Counted from the first letter of the stretch, positions 48,014-57,694 are shown. The stretch: DNA of 64,000 nt from Pseudomonadota bacterium (GCA_043825875.1 JBDRRF010000079.1:160001-224000), one strand, 5' to 3'. Notes: generated from the sequence alone by a model not told the origin. Made by a program: numbers and translations.

Positions 48014-48868
48014 CTATTCGTAAAAGGTCGCTTTTCCCAGTTGATTTGCCCTGTGCCTTATAGACCCTCCCTTCTCAAGCGACTTTATAGCAAGATCTCT
48101 GCCCAAAAGAGCAGCCCCGATCGCTCCTGTAAGAAGCGGCTCCTCCGGTACAAGCGCCGGAAAACCCAACTTCTCTTCAAATGCCTTAAGAAGGCCTGCA
48201 CTTTTAGCACCGCCACCTGTTATAACAACATCTTTTTCAACTACTAGCCTTTCGGCCAGTTTGAAAACCTGCCTTGATATAGCTGCAAAAATTCCTGCCA
48301 TGATATCCTCCAGTGCCGCCCCATCAGCTAAGCTGGAAATTATCTCCTGCTCGGCAAAAATAGTGCAGATATTGCTTATTTCTTCTTTCTTTAAAGCCTT
48401 AAGCGCCAGTTGGGACATTTCTTCAAGTGATATCTCCAAAGCTTCTGCAATAACCTCAAGAAAACGACCAGTACCGGCAGCACACTGGTCATTCATGGCA
48501 AAATTTGCGACTTTGCCATCTTTAAGCTTGATCGCCTTACTGTCCTGGCCACCAATCTCTATGATGGTTCGAACGGTGGGAAAAAGGCTGTACACACCAC
48601 GGGCATGGCAGGTAATTTCCGTTATCTGTTTGTCGGCAAAAGGAACATTGATTCGACCATAGCCGGTTGCCAGCACATAGCTAACATCTTTAAATGAGAT
48701 CCCTGCTTGCTCCAGGGCCTGCTCCATTACTTTATTTGATAGCCTTCGATGTTCAGCGCCTGTGGGACCTATCACCGACGTTATTATTCCTGTGTTCATA
48801 AGCACCACCTTGGTCATAGTGGAGCCAATATCTACACCCGCAGAAATTAAATCCATACTTTTATCCAA
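48014..48868 (-). CDS. ASKHA-type CoA-substrate activase (BzdQ/BcrA/HgdC-like)
   Basis: GVDIGSTMTK, ATGYGR, EITCHARG, IGGQDSK, NDQCAAGTGRFLE. Confidence 0.92.
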   Translation of the reverse strand: MDKSMDLISAGVDIGSTMTKVVLMNTGIITSVIGPTGAEHRRLSNKVMEQALEQAGISFKDVSYVLATGYGRINVPFADKQITEITCHARGVYSLFPTVRTIIEIGGQDSKAIKLKDGKVANFAMNDQCAAGTGRFLEVIAEALEISLEEMSQLALKALKKEEISNICTIFAEQEIISSLADGAALEDIMAGIFAAISRQVFKLAERLVVEKDVVITGGGAKSAGLLKAFEEKLGFPALVPEEPLLTGAIGAALLGRDLAIKSLEKGGSIRHRANQLGKATFYE

Positions 48869-49031
48869 AGAATATTCCCCTGCTCTTCCCTGTATTTAAT
48901 TTATCAAGTTTGTGAATAAAAGGCTGAATTTCGAATTATAAACTTTTTTAGTTCTTTGAAACCTTACTCGATATCATACCTTATCTCTACATTCGATATT
49001 CATTATTCTTTATTCGATATTCAATAATGTT

Positions 49032-50318
49032 TTACCACCTGGTTTGACCTCGCTGTGTCAATATCTCCATAAAGCCATCCATTTTACTGTTGAAATCAGC
49101 CGAAGAATAAAATCGTCCGTCGCATGGATCGCCCTCTACTTCCACTGCCGGTAGCCCTGTCTTTTCAACCAATGCTTCCATGAGATCACCACTGCCAAGC
49201 ATTTGCACCTGGCATGTTCTATGCTTTTGCAATATTAATCCGTCAAGAGAAAAACCTTGAATCTGCTTCAAAAGATCCTCGACTCTTGTCGATACACCCA
49301 GATTACTCTTGTGAAAGTAGATGGTTTCAACCATGCTTTCTATGGGCTTTTTTGGATCTATTCTGTCATAGCCGAAATAGTAAGGAAACATGCCTACTAC
49401 GGGAACTGCGCCATATTGGATAAATTTCTTCGAGATTTCGGGATTTTTGTGTGGAATTGAAGCAATATCCCAGTATAGCCGGTATTTCTCATCGGTTACC
49501 AAAGAGCCAATATTATTTGCAACTCTTTCCTCCAATTCTTTTTTCATTTCCTCGTAGTATGTCACCGCCTGGGGTGAACACCGATACATATAAAAAGGAA
49601 ATACATTATCAAAAGCATCCATGGTAGTCATTGGAGACGGTGTATGTTTGCAAAGCCCAAGGCAATCATGCCAGAGCCCGGCTACTTTTGATTCTATTGC
49701 CATACACTCGGAAAGCTTATCGTAACTGAATTTATTTCCCGTAAGTTTCTCCAATATTGGGATTATATCCTTAACTTCTTGGGTACCTTCCTTTACCAGA
49801 CCTTCTATTTGCTCCTTACTGAGACTGTCATGAATGCGGGGCCTTTCCATTACGATAAGAGGAACATTATAAATCTCGGAATATCTCTTAAACTTCTTGT
49901 AAAGGCCGGGGCAGTAAGTTACGCATATCAAAACATCCGGCTTAGGCAATCCTCCAAAAGGAAGCTTTTCTTTTTCCTCTTCCTCTGTTCCGTCTATGGC
50001 CCCGATAAAATTTCTTATTACGGAACAAAGGTCGGAAGAATAACCGAGTGCATCTGCCCTCTGGCACAGCTCCGTGCTGACACCTTCTACAGCACATATA
50101 GCTCCATAACCTTCCGGGAAAACTGTTGTGATACCCATTGATGTAAGCAACTCGAAAGGACTCAAAGTAGTGCACCAGGCAACTAACTTGCCCGCTTCGC
50201 GGCTCTGCTTTACTTCCTGCCAGTAATTTAATACAAATCCTATTGATTTTTCTGTCATTTTCAAAGGTTGAACTGATGTTTCCATAAAATAATCCTTCCC
50301 TAATATTGGTAAGGTCAA
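49032..50318 (-). CDS. 2-hydroxyacyl-CoA dehydratase / benzoyl-CoA reductase subunit (BzdO/BcrB/HgdA-like)
   Basis: GYSSDLCS, GGLPKPD, KYRLYW, HRTC, VEGD. Confidence 0.85.
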   Translation of the reverse strand: MTLPILGKDYFMETSVQPLKMTEKSIGFVLNYWQEVKQSREAGKLVAWCTTLSPFELLTSMGITTVFPEGYGAICAVEGVSTELCQRADALGYSSDLCSVIRNFIGAIDGTEEEEKEKLPFGGLPKPDVLICVTYCPGLYKKFKRYSEIYNVPLIVMERPRIHDSLSKEQIEGLVKEGTQEVKDIIPILEKLTGNKFSYDKLSECMAIESKVAGLWHDCLGLCKHTPSPMTTMDAFDNVFPFYMYRCSPQAVTYYEEMKKELEERVANNIGSLVTDEKYRLYWDIASIPHKNPEISKKFIQYGAVPVVGMFPYYFGYDRIDPKKPIESMVETIYFHKSNLGVSTRVEDLLKQIQGFSLDGLILQKHRTCQVQMLGSGDLMEALVEKTGLPAVEVEGDPCDGRFYSSADFNSKMDGFMEILTQRGQTRW

Positions 50319-50354
50319 AGCTGGCTTTCGTTCATTATTATTTCATAAACGGAA

Positions 50355-51479
50355 CTATTCCATTATTTCCAAAAATGCCTGGAGTCTGTTACGTACCTGC
50401 CCTGAAGCGCCTGAATGATGCATTTCCAGAATCAAAATCGGCATGCCTTCCTTAGTCAACCTTCTTGTTAGTGTCGGAATATCAAATAATTGTGCTTCGC
50501 AATACTTAAGCACCAGTACTACTATGCCATCAGCCTTTGTCTCCTTAACAAATTTTGAAATATAATCAACCCAGTCATTGCCCGGGTAAAGTTTAGTAGG
50601 ACAGGGAACATCCTCCTTATAATGCTTAACTATTGCATCCATAGGATTTATTGTTTCATCAACCAGGGTATAAAAATATCTCCGGCCTACGTAAAGATCA
50701 TCATCGACTATTTGTGCCCCCAACTCCTCAATTATATCGAGTATCTCCAGTTCGGGCATATCGCAAAGACTTCCGCTAACTACCAGTCGGATCTTTTTGC
50801 TTTTTACTTTCGGTTGTTTTTTAGCTTCTTCAATAAATTGTAACAAAAGCTCGTTGTGGTCCTCTTTTGGCATCAACATTGCCGCTGCTATTACTGTCGC
50901 AAGGTCACGAGCCATAAAGAGCCCTGGATTATCGGTTCTTATATTATAGAGTTCTTGCAGCAATTTTTTGTTTTTATTATATATGGCTATGCTTTTTTTA
51001 AGATCGCTGTCGGTTGTTTTCCGCCCACTCAATTCTTCTACTCCTTTTTTTAAGTCATTAAATTGAGACAAAAGGCGACCATCGGCGTATGACATTGCCA
51101 AATTTTTTGGAAGTATAAGCTGCTTATAAAAGGAATCGGGACTGTGCCGTATCCATATATCGGAGATTAATTGCTCGGTTAGACAGTAGTCGGAAAAGAT
51201 TACTCCATCGAGATAATCCATTTTTCCTTTCACGCTAAGATCGAAGTTGCCACGCACAAGATCGCAAACATATGGATGGCAATATTTATCTCCCAATGTA
51301 ATTCGCTCATTACTACCTAAAAGCTGAATGGGCAATATCCCAGCGGCATGGATGATCTCCTCCGGGATATACATGGGAAAACATCCCAGAATTTTTTTAC
51401 CTGTTTCTTTCTTCCACCTTGTAAGCCAACTATGGGGATCTTTTACTATCGGAGTAAACTTTTTCAAAAGTTCTTCCAT
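50355..51479 (-). CDS. 2-hydroxyacyl-CoA dehydratase / benzoyl-CoA reductase subunit (BzdN/BcrC/HgdB-like)
   Basis: GCFPMYIPEEIIHAAG, VDDDLYVGRR, LKYCE, NRLQAFLE. Confidence 0.88.
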   Translation of the reverse strand: MEELLKKFTPIVKDPHSWLTRWKKETGKKILGCFPMYIPEEIIHAAGILPIQLLGSNERITLGDKYCHPYVCDLVRGNFDLSVKGKMDYLDGVIFSDYCLTEQLISDIWIRHSPDSFYKQLILPKNLAMSYADGRLLSQFNDLKKGVEELSGRKTTDSDLKKSIAIYNKNKKLLQELYNIRTDNPGLFMARDLATVIAAAMLMPKEDHNELLLQFIEEAKKQPKVKSKKIRLVVSGSLCDMPELEILDIIEELGAQIVDDDLYVGRRYFYTLVDETINPMDAIVKHYKEDVPCPTKLYPGNDWVDYISKFVKETKADGIVVLVLKYCEAQLFDIPTLTRRLTKEGMPILILEMHHSGASGQVRNRLQAFLEIME

Positions 51480-51504
51480 CTGATTTTTTCTCCTTTTTTA
51501 GTAT

Positions 51505-52485
51505 CTAAGCAAGAAAATACCTGAGCAATTCATCCCTTAGCGGAACATCCTTTGCAGCTTCCACAATTCGTTTGAGTCCATCACGAATTGTGACTTTTGT
51601 CGGACCGATAAGTTTGTGCATCTTTGTCAAATCACCTACAACCGGGCTGACTGGGCTCGGTATATCCGAAAATTTAGGTTCGATATCTGTCAGTTCCTTA
51701 AATATTTTGCACCAGTCTTCAAGTGAGGCCTGTTCACCGCCCCAGTTAACAATTGTTGCAGGAACACTCGCAACATCCAACATTCTGGGGATTGTACTTA
51801 AAATATCATCATTGTGGATCGGATTATACATATTAGGTCTGTCAGGATGCAAATAAATGGAAAGGCCGCGCTGCATACCCAAATAGATCGCCGCAGGCCA
51901 GCTGTCAATCACACCATAAGGAACATTAAGCCGCGCAATGGTTGTCGGGATCTTGTTCACCCTTGCAGCAGCACGGACAACAGCCTCAGCCATAATTTTG
52001 GTATATGGATAGGTAGGTATCATGTTACCGTGATTGATACCGCCAATAGCATCGGTTTCTACAAACTTATGTTTGGGGCCTTGATATTTATAGACTCCCA
52101 TAGTGGAACAATGAAAAAACCCCTTCAGACTTGATAAGCGTGCCATTAACAAAGCAACAAACTCGGCGTTTGAGGCAATATCACGATCCCAGTCATCATG
52201 TCCACCTCTTGTTACTGCGAAGTTTAAGACATAATCAAAGTCATCGGGAAGATCGGAAAAATCGCTTGTTGCAAAATCAGCAGTAACACATGTAATTCCT
52301 TCCTTTTCGAGAAACTTGCGCGCATCCTCATTTGTAAAACGGGCAATTCCCCAGACATCGTTGTTCTGAACAAGTGCTAATGCTACCGGCATCCCAACCT
52401 GGCTGGTAGGGCCGGTTATAAGAATTTTTTTCTTCTTGATAGGGAGGGTGTCAACAATCTTTTGATTTACTTTTTCATGAATCAT
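51505..52485 (-). CDS. NAD-dependent epimerase/dehydratase (extended SDR)
   Basis: ILITGPTSQVG, CSTMGVY, YPYTK (YxxxK), RLNVPYG. Confidence 0.88.
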   Translation of the reverse strand: MIHEKVNQKIVDTLPIKKKKILITGPTSQVGMPVALALVQNNDVWGIARFTNEDARKFLEKEGITCVTADFATSDFSDLPDDFDYVLNFAVTRGGHDDWDRDIASNAEFVALLMARLSSLKGFFHCSTMGVYKYQGPKHKFVETDAIGGINHGNMIPTYPYTKIMAEAVVRAAARVNKIPTTIARLNVPYGVIDSWPAAIYLGMQRGLSIYLHPDRPNMYNPIHNDDILSTIPRMLDVASVPATIVNWGGEQASLEDWCKIFKELTDIEPKFSDIPSPVSPVVGDLTKMHKLIGPTKVTIRDGLKRIVEAAKDVPLRDELLRYFLA

Positions 52486-52638
52486 TTTTCAATCTCCTTT
52501 TTGTTTAGAAGGGTTCGCAAAAGAAATGTTGGCGGGGTATAAAACCCAGCTTTACTTTCATTCTCGTAGGACGTCATTTTATATGCCGCAACCAGTGCAG
52601 ATCAACGGCTTTGCATAAGTACCATTTCATCGGCATAA

Positions 52639-52730
52639 CTACTGCGTGTGTACTGAAAAACTGCCGGTAACAGGTATTGTAACACCAGTAATAAACCTGG
52701 CATCTGATGATGCAAGGAATGCCGCGTTTA
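52639..52730 (-). pseudogene. C-terminal relic of a classical SDR
   Basis: Minus strand AAFLASSDARFITGVTIPVTGS resembles the SDR C-terminal FLASxxAxxITGxxxxVDGG motif; no upstream gene body. Confidence 0.7.
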
Positions 52731-52799
52731 AGCATATGCAGCTTCTTTCAACTATCCCAGGTTTTCGATATCAGCTTTTTTTTATATCACCGCCTATAG

Positions 52800-52989
52800 T
52801 TATCTTTGAGAAGTCTCTTCATGCAATTCATTCAAATAATTGGCATCATTTTCCGTGCAGAAATAGGACCCGCTGAAATACTTTGTAACATTGCCCGCAA
52901 TCTCCTGCCCCTTAAAGATTGCAACAGGATCATTTTCCAAACACTTTTTCGCGAGCTTTGCCCACCGCAGATTCAGTTGCTGTTTCCAT
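52800..52989 (-). pseudogene. N-terminal relic of a glycyl-radical enzyme (PFL family)
   Basis: AGGAGG + ATG (METAT), then in another frame LRWAKLAKKCLENDPVAIFKGQEIAGNVT, resembling the GRE RAxAxxxxLEN..I.I..GELIVG motif. Confidence 0.55.
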
Positions 52990-53005
52990 AATAAAGCACC
53001 TCCTG

Positions 53006-53581
53006 CTAACAATACATCTCAATTAATTTATCTTTCATTTTTTTAAATGAGTAAATTTTTGGATGAAAAACATAATTAAAGCCTATACCCTGTAAAACCC
53101 CTCCGAATAGCTGGGCTTCGGTTTCAGGGTCTTTATAACCGCGTGCCCTGAAATACTTTTCAAACATTCCGGTATATCCCTCAAGCAACTCTTTAAATCG
53201 TTTATCAAGAACATCAATTACCGGAAGATGTGTAAACATACTTAAATATAATTTCCAGAAATCCAGATTAATTTCGATTTTCTCCTGCATCTGTTCAAAA
53301 AAATTTCTGAGTTCTTCATTCGTCAAAGTTTCATCTTTATTAGGATCAAGCAAGCCTATCAGGTTATTTGAAAACATAAAGATTGTTTCAGAAATCAGAG
53401 TTTCTTTGCTGTCAAAATAATTATATATCAGCCCGTAAGAAATACCGGCTTCATTTGCAATATCTTTCATGGATGTCTGATAATATCCTTTTTCCGCAAA
53501 TAGTTTGAGTGCAGCATCTAATATCATTGCTCTTTTTTTTTCACGGATAGCTTCAAATTGTTCCACAGTTCTAGGCGACAT
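53006..53581 (-). CDS. TetR/AcrR family regulator
   Basis: [41 protein letters not shown]. Confidence 0.95.
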   Translation of the reverse strand: MSPRTVEQFEAIREKKRAMILDAALKLFAEKGYYQTSMKDIANEAGISYGLIYNYFDSKETLISETIFMFSNNLIGLLDPNKDETLTNEELRNFFEQMQEKIEINLDFWKLYLSMFTHLPVIDVLDKRFKELLEGYTGMFEKYFRARGYKDPETEAQLFGGVLQGIGFNYVFHPKIYSFKKMKDKLIEMYC

Positions 53582-53630
53582 ATACTCTTCCTCTGCTTAG
53601 TTTGGAAAAATCAGTTTGCGATTTAATTTA

Positions 53631-53648
53631 TGATTGATTGTTAAGTCA
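53631..53648. promoter_or_regulatory. Candidate TetR operator
   Basis: Imperfect palindrome TGATTGA-ttgt-TAAGTCA about 50 bp upstream of tetR, near TTGACx hexamers. Confidence 0.45.
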
Positions 53649-53816
53649 ATATTAAACATTTGAATTTTGCTCGTCAATGCATTTATTATGGATTTTTAAG
53701 CGATGCCCTTTATACAGGCAGAATGAAAACATTATATATATTATAATATTAATATATTAACTACATTTCTCCGATAAGAGCCCAGAAAATAAACGAAATC
53801 TAAAGGGTAACTTTTA

Positions 53817-53873
53817 TCACGTTTATCAAAATAATGTTCTGCTTCAATTTGTAATTGTTTGGAACATTTGTTA
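53817..53873 (+). repeat. 57-bp MITE-like repeat, degenerate copy
   Basis: cgtttatcaaaataatgttctgcttcaatttgtaattgtttggaacatttgtta aligns to 46671-46727. Confidence 0.7.
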
Positions 53874-53880
53874 TATGCAA

Positions 53881-54798
53881 TCAGGTATTTTTTAATAGAT
53901 AGTTAATCTCTGCCTTTACTCTTTCAACACATTGTCTGCCTTCGGCAATTGCTTCTTTTGCACGGTGAAAGTCCAATAATCCGATATGAGATAATTTCGG
54001 AGTCAGTAATATATCCGGAGGGTCTCCGGCAATACGGCTTCGTGTAATTCTGTCTTGTGCAATATTTATCGAGTTGGCGATTGCATCAATTAAGTTTGGC
54101 GCGTTATCAACTTCTTCATCTTTATCTTCATCTACGGTTGATCTGAATTCCCAATCACTATACTTTTTCACGAAACCGGAAATCTTGCTGAAAACATCTG
54201 CCTCTTTATTTTTAGCCGGTCTCTTTGTTTTATTAAAATGTTTACCAACAATATCACTATTCAGATTTACTGCAATTACTACATCCGCACCCAATGCACG
54301 ACAAACAGAAATAGGCACCGGATTAACCAAACCACCATCTACAAGCCACTGATCATCTTTATTTATTGCCGGAAACAGACCAGGCAGCGAAATAGATGCC
54401 CACACCGCATCCAGAACCGAACCATTGGTAATCCAAACTTCTCTGCCAGTTGCTATCTCAGTTGCTACAGACGCATATTTTTTAGAAAGATCTTCAATTA
54501 AAGAACCGTTTTCAGAAACATATTCATTCAAAAATTCTTGAAGCTTTTTTTTGTCGATAAACCCGTTTAAAGAAGTTTTTATCTCAAAATATTTTACTAG
54601 TTTAAATTTGGTTAATGAACATACCCAGCCTTCCAGCTTATCAAGATTATTTGAAACATAAGATGCTCCTACCAATGCGCCAATAGAAGTGCCGCATACC
54701 ACATCAGGCTCAATTCCCATATCAATAAGTGCTTTTATAATACCTATATGCGACCATCCACGTGACGAACCACTTCCAAGTGCTAAACCAATATTCAT
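53881..54798 (-). CDS. rssA: Patatin-like phospholipase, RssA type
   Basis: GLALGSGSSRGWSHIG, GTSIG, DGG, DRITRSRIAGDPPD. Confidence 0.88.
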   Translation of the reverse strand: MNIGLALGSGSSRGWSHIGIIKALIDMGIEPDVVCGTSIGALVGASYVSNNLDKLEGWVCSLTKFKLVKYFEIKTSLNGFIDKKKLQEFLNEYVSENGSLIEDLSKKYASVATEIATGREVWITNGSVLDAVWASISLPGLFPAINKDDQWLVDGGLVNPVPISVCRALGADVVIAVNLNSDIVGKHFNKTKRPAKNKEADVFSKISGFVKKYSDWEFRSTVDEDKDEEVDNAPNLIDAIANSINIAQDRITRSRIAGDPPDILLTPKLSHIGLLDFHRAKEAIAEGRQCVERVKAEINYLLKNT

Positions 54799-54853
54799 TT
54801 TTTTCCTTATTTCTTCTTACTGTGGGAGCGTATCGTTTAATCCTTAATCATAA

Positions 54854-54995
54854 GAGCCAGTTTCAAAACGCCCCATTTTGGCCGATCTCTGTGTTGGGCT
54901 CAAATTTCAATCCTCGAAATACTCAATGTATTCCTGTGGTTGAAATTTTCGCCCGCCTTGAGCTTGACCAAAATGAAACGTTTTGAAAGTGGCTC
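54854..54995 (-). mobile_element. 142-bp MITE, copy 4 (inverted)
   Basis: Reverse complement of copies 1-3; ATAA on both flanks (candidate TSD). Confidence 0.88.
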
Positions 54996-55006
54996 ATAAG
55001 AAAGCA

Positions 55007-55639
55007 TCAATTACTGATTGCAGGCGCTTTGTGCAGAAATTCTTTTCCATTCACCTGGGCTAATAAAAAATCTACCAAATCGCTTCTGGATAATGTAAAA
55101 TTAACCACTCCTTTGCCTGTATAGCCGGCATTTACTTTTCCTGTTTTCGGTTTATTGTTAAGAAATGGAAGTCTTACAATCGTCCAATTTAAACCTGACT
55201 CCCGGATAATACCGGCCGTTTTAACAATATCGGAATAAGCATCACCCATCAGAAGCCTTATCATCATGACCGCAAGGCGGAATTTAAGATCAAAAGAATC
55301 ATTGGGATCAGAAGCACTGGGCGTTGCCGTAGCAATTAACCGGTCTATATTTTTCTCTTTCATTGCTTTAACAATGTTTGCAATACCCTCTGCTACCAAA
55401 CAGCCCTTTACCCTTCCGGGAGGCCCTAAAAGGCTGATAACTACATCCGCTCCTTCCATAGCCTTTTTAATTGCTTCAATATTATTCAATTCACCATTTA
55501 CAACTTTTAAATTCGGGTGGCTAAAGTCTATCTTGGAAGGATTTCGTGCATATGCCGTTACTTCATATCCTTCATCAAGCGCTTGTTTCGTAAGTATTTT
55601 TCCACTTAAACCGGTTGCTCCAAAAATAGTTAGCTTCAT
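55007..55639 (-). CDS. NAD(P)H-binding atypical SDR (flavin/biliverdin reductase B-like)
   Basis: IFGATGLSG, AYARNPSK, SGLNWTIVRLP, SRSDLVDF. Confidence 0.9.
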   Translation of the reverse strand: MKLTIFGATGLSGKILTKQALDEGYEVTAYARNPSKIDFSHPNLKVVNGELNNIEAIKKAMEGADVVISLLGPPGRVKGCLVAEGIANIVKAMKEKNIDRLIATATPSASDPNDSFDLKFRLAVMMIRLLMGDAYSDIVKTAGIIRESGLNWTIVRLPFLNNKPKTGKVNAGYTGKGVVNFTLSRSDLVDFLLAQVNGKEFLHKAPAISN

Positions 55640-55824
55640 AGCAATATTTACTCCTTTCCTTTAGAAAATGGTTTGGAATTTAACATAGGCTGGAATAACA
55701 TCAAGCCTCAAATACTGCCCTGAACAATGCGCGGATTTAACCAGCTTAAAGTTAATACCGGCAAGTCTGCTCTTGACTCCCACTAAACCAAGAAGGACAT
55801 AGAGCAAACTTAATCCCATTCCCT

Positions 55825-57102
55825 TCACTGCTTGGCTCCGGCCTTGATAAGCAGATCTTCAATCTCAGGGTGGCCATTCTTGGAGGCAAACATTAAGGCA
55901 GTCATATCTTTATTATCTTTGGCATTGATATCAGCGCCCTTTGCCAGCAGTTCCTGCACAATCTCAAGCTGACCATTCAAAGCGGCAAGCATCAATGTGG
56001 TAAAACCACTTTTGTCCTTGGCATTGATGTCAGCGCCCTTTGTCAGTAGATATGGTACAACTTCACGATAACCATTCGAAGCGGCAGCCATTAATGCGGT
56101 AAAACCGCGTTTATCCTTGGCATTTACATCAGCGCCTTTTGCCAGCAGCTCTTGCATAATTTCAAGGTGACCTATAAAAGAGGCCGCCATCAATACGGTA
56201 GTACCATCTTTGTCTTTGGCATTGACATCAGAGCCTTTTGACAGAAGCTCCTGCACAATTTCAAGGTATCCCTTTGAAGCGGCAAGCATCAATGTGGTAA
56301 TACCACTTTCGTCCTTGGCCTTGACGTCAGCGCCCTTTGTCAGCAGATATGGTACAACTTCACGATGACCATTCGAAGCGGCAGCCATTAATGCGGTAAA
56401 ACCACCTTTGTCCATGGCATTGACATCAGCGCCTTTTGCCAGCAGCTCCTCTACAATCTCAAGGTGACCTTCAAAAGATGCAGCCATCAGCGCAGTAATA
56501 CCATCTTCATCCCCGGCATTAACCTCAGCACCCCTTGCCAGCAGATTCTGTACAACCTTAAGGTGACCCTTCGAAGCGGCAAGCATAAATGCGGTCCAGC
56601 CATTTTTATCCTTGTTATTAAACTCCGCCCCCTTTGCTAGCAGATCCTGCATAATTTCAAGGTGACCCCTCTCTGAAGCATACATCAGTGCGGTCTTTTC
56701 ATTTTTATACCTGGCATTTACATCAGCACCCTTTGCAACCAACTCCTGCTCAATCTCACGATAACCTTTCAAAGAAGCAGCCATCAGTGCGGTTAAGCCA
56801 TTTTCATTCTTGGCATTGATCTCAGCACCCTTTGCCAGCAGTTCCCGCACAATCTCAAGGTGACCATTAAAAGAAGCAGCCATCAGTGCATTACCTTTTT
56901 TACTCTTGATGTTGACATCTGCTCCCTCTGAGATAAGCCGTTTCACTTCAGGCAAGTCACCACTGTCTATTACTTTAACAAAATCTTCGTTTACTCCTGC
57001 AATAGCTGCAACCGTAGTCCATATTATAATGGCTATAATAGATATTGCTGTTTTTATTTTAGAACCAATCATACAATTTATACTCAATGAACTTTTCATC
57101 AT
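55825..57102 (-). CDS. Secreted ankyrin-repeat protein (~11 repeats)
   Basis: N-terminal hydrophobic signal; tandem 33-aa GxTALMxAxxxGHLEIVxELLAKGADVNAKD repeats. Confidence 0.96.
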   Translation of the reverse strand: MMKSSLSINCMIGSKIKTAISIIAIIIWTTVAAIAGVNEDFVKVIDSGDLPEVKRLISEGADVNIKSKKGNALMAASFNGHLEIVRELLAKGAEINAKNENGLTALMAASLKGYREIEQELVAKGADVNARYKNEKTALMYASERGHLEIMQDLLAKGAEFNNKDKNGWTAFMLAASKGHLKVVQNLLARGAEVNAGDEDGITALMAASFEGHLEIVEELLAKGADVNAMDKGGFTALMAAASNGHREVVPYLLTKGADVKAKDESGITTLMLAASKGYLEIVQELLSKGSDVNAKDKDGTTVLMAASFIGHLEIMQELLAKGADVNAKDKRGFTALMAAASNGYREVVPYLLTKGADINAKDKSGFTTLMLAALNGQLEIVQELLAKGADINAKDNKDMTALMFASKNGHPEIEDLLIKAGAKQ

Positions 57103-57249
57103 TCTCCCTTATCTTTATTAACTGTTAGTTACTATGATATTCTTCTATCCTTGGGCTTAGCAAATATTTGTTGCAATAACTTCTGCCTTACCGGCTATAT
57201 GCCATATGCAATATAAATATTGGCAATCAACAATCTTACTATCAATCTT

Positions 57250-57642
57250 TTACTTAGAAAACCTGATTGTTAAAGACGTGACAACTCCCCATACCCAATT
57301 AAACAAAAAAACCAGTGCCGGTGTTAAAAGCCCAAGCTCTATGCCTGCAATACCCTTATTTGCTTTATAGGGAAAAACAACAAACAATTGAACCATTGTC
57401 GGGAAAAGACTCAGTAAAGTCCCTTTGAAAAGTGGTTTGGAACTTAACATAGGCAGGAAAAATATCAGCCCCCATATACCACCCCAAACTATACGAGGAT
57501 ATAACCATCCAGGAGTTAAAGCAGGAGCAATTGAAACACCCAAAGATTTACTTATCCCCAAATCACCGAACAGCCAAACAACCAGGCTGTTCGCTAAAGC
57601 TCCCAAACACCCGGCTGCAAAGTAAATTAATAATTTTTTCAT
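57250..57642 (-). CDS. Hypothetical 4-TM membrane protein
   Basis: AAGCLGALANS, WLYPRIVWGGIWG, NWVWG; hydrophobic throughout. Confidence 0.8.
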   Translation of the reverse strand: MKKLLIYFAAGCLGALANSLVVWLFGDLGISKSLGVSIAPALTPGWLYPRIVWGGIWGLIFFLPMLSSKPLFKGTLLSLFPTMVQLFVVFPYKANKGIAGIELGLLTPALVFLFNWVWGVVTSLTIRFSK

Positions 57643-57694
57643 TATTTTTGTTTCCTTAACTATCTTTCAACACAAAGGTCAGCGAGAGGCCGAT

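Noticed and set aside
55649..55819. 56-codon minus-strand ORF between the ankyrin and SDR genes
   Set aside because: No recognisable family, and it overlaps the dispersed palindrome; probably spurious.
55825..56900. Regular ~99-bp periodic repeats as a CRISPR or DGR-like array
   Set aside because: Fully explained by in-frame ankyrin repeats; no unique spacers, cas genes or RT.
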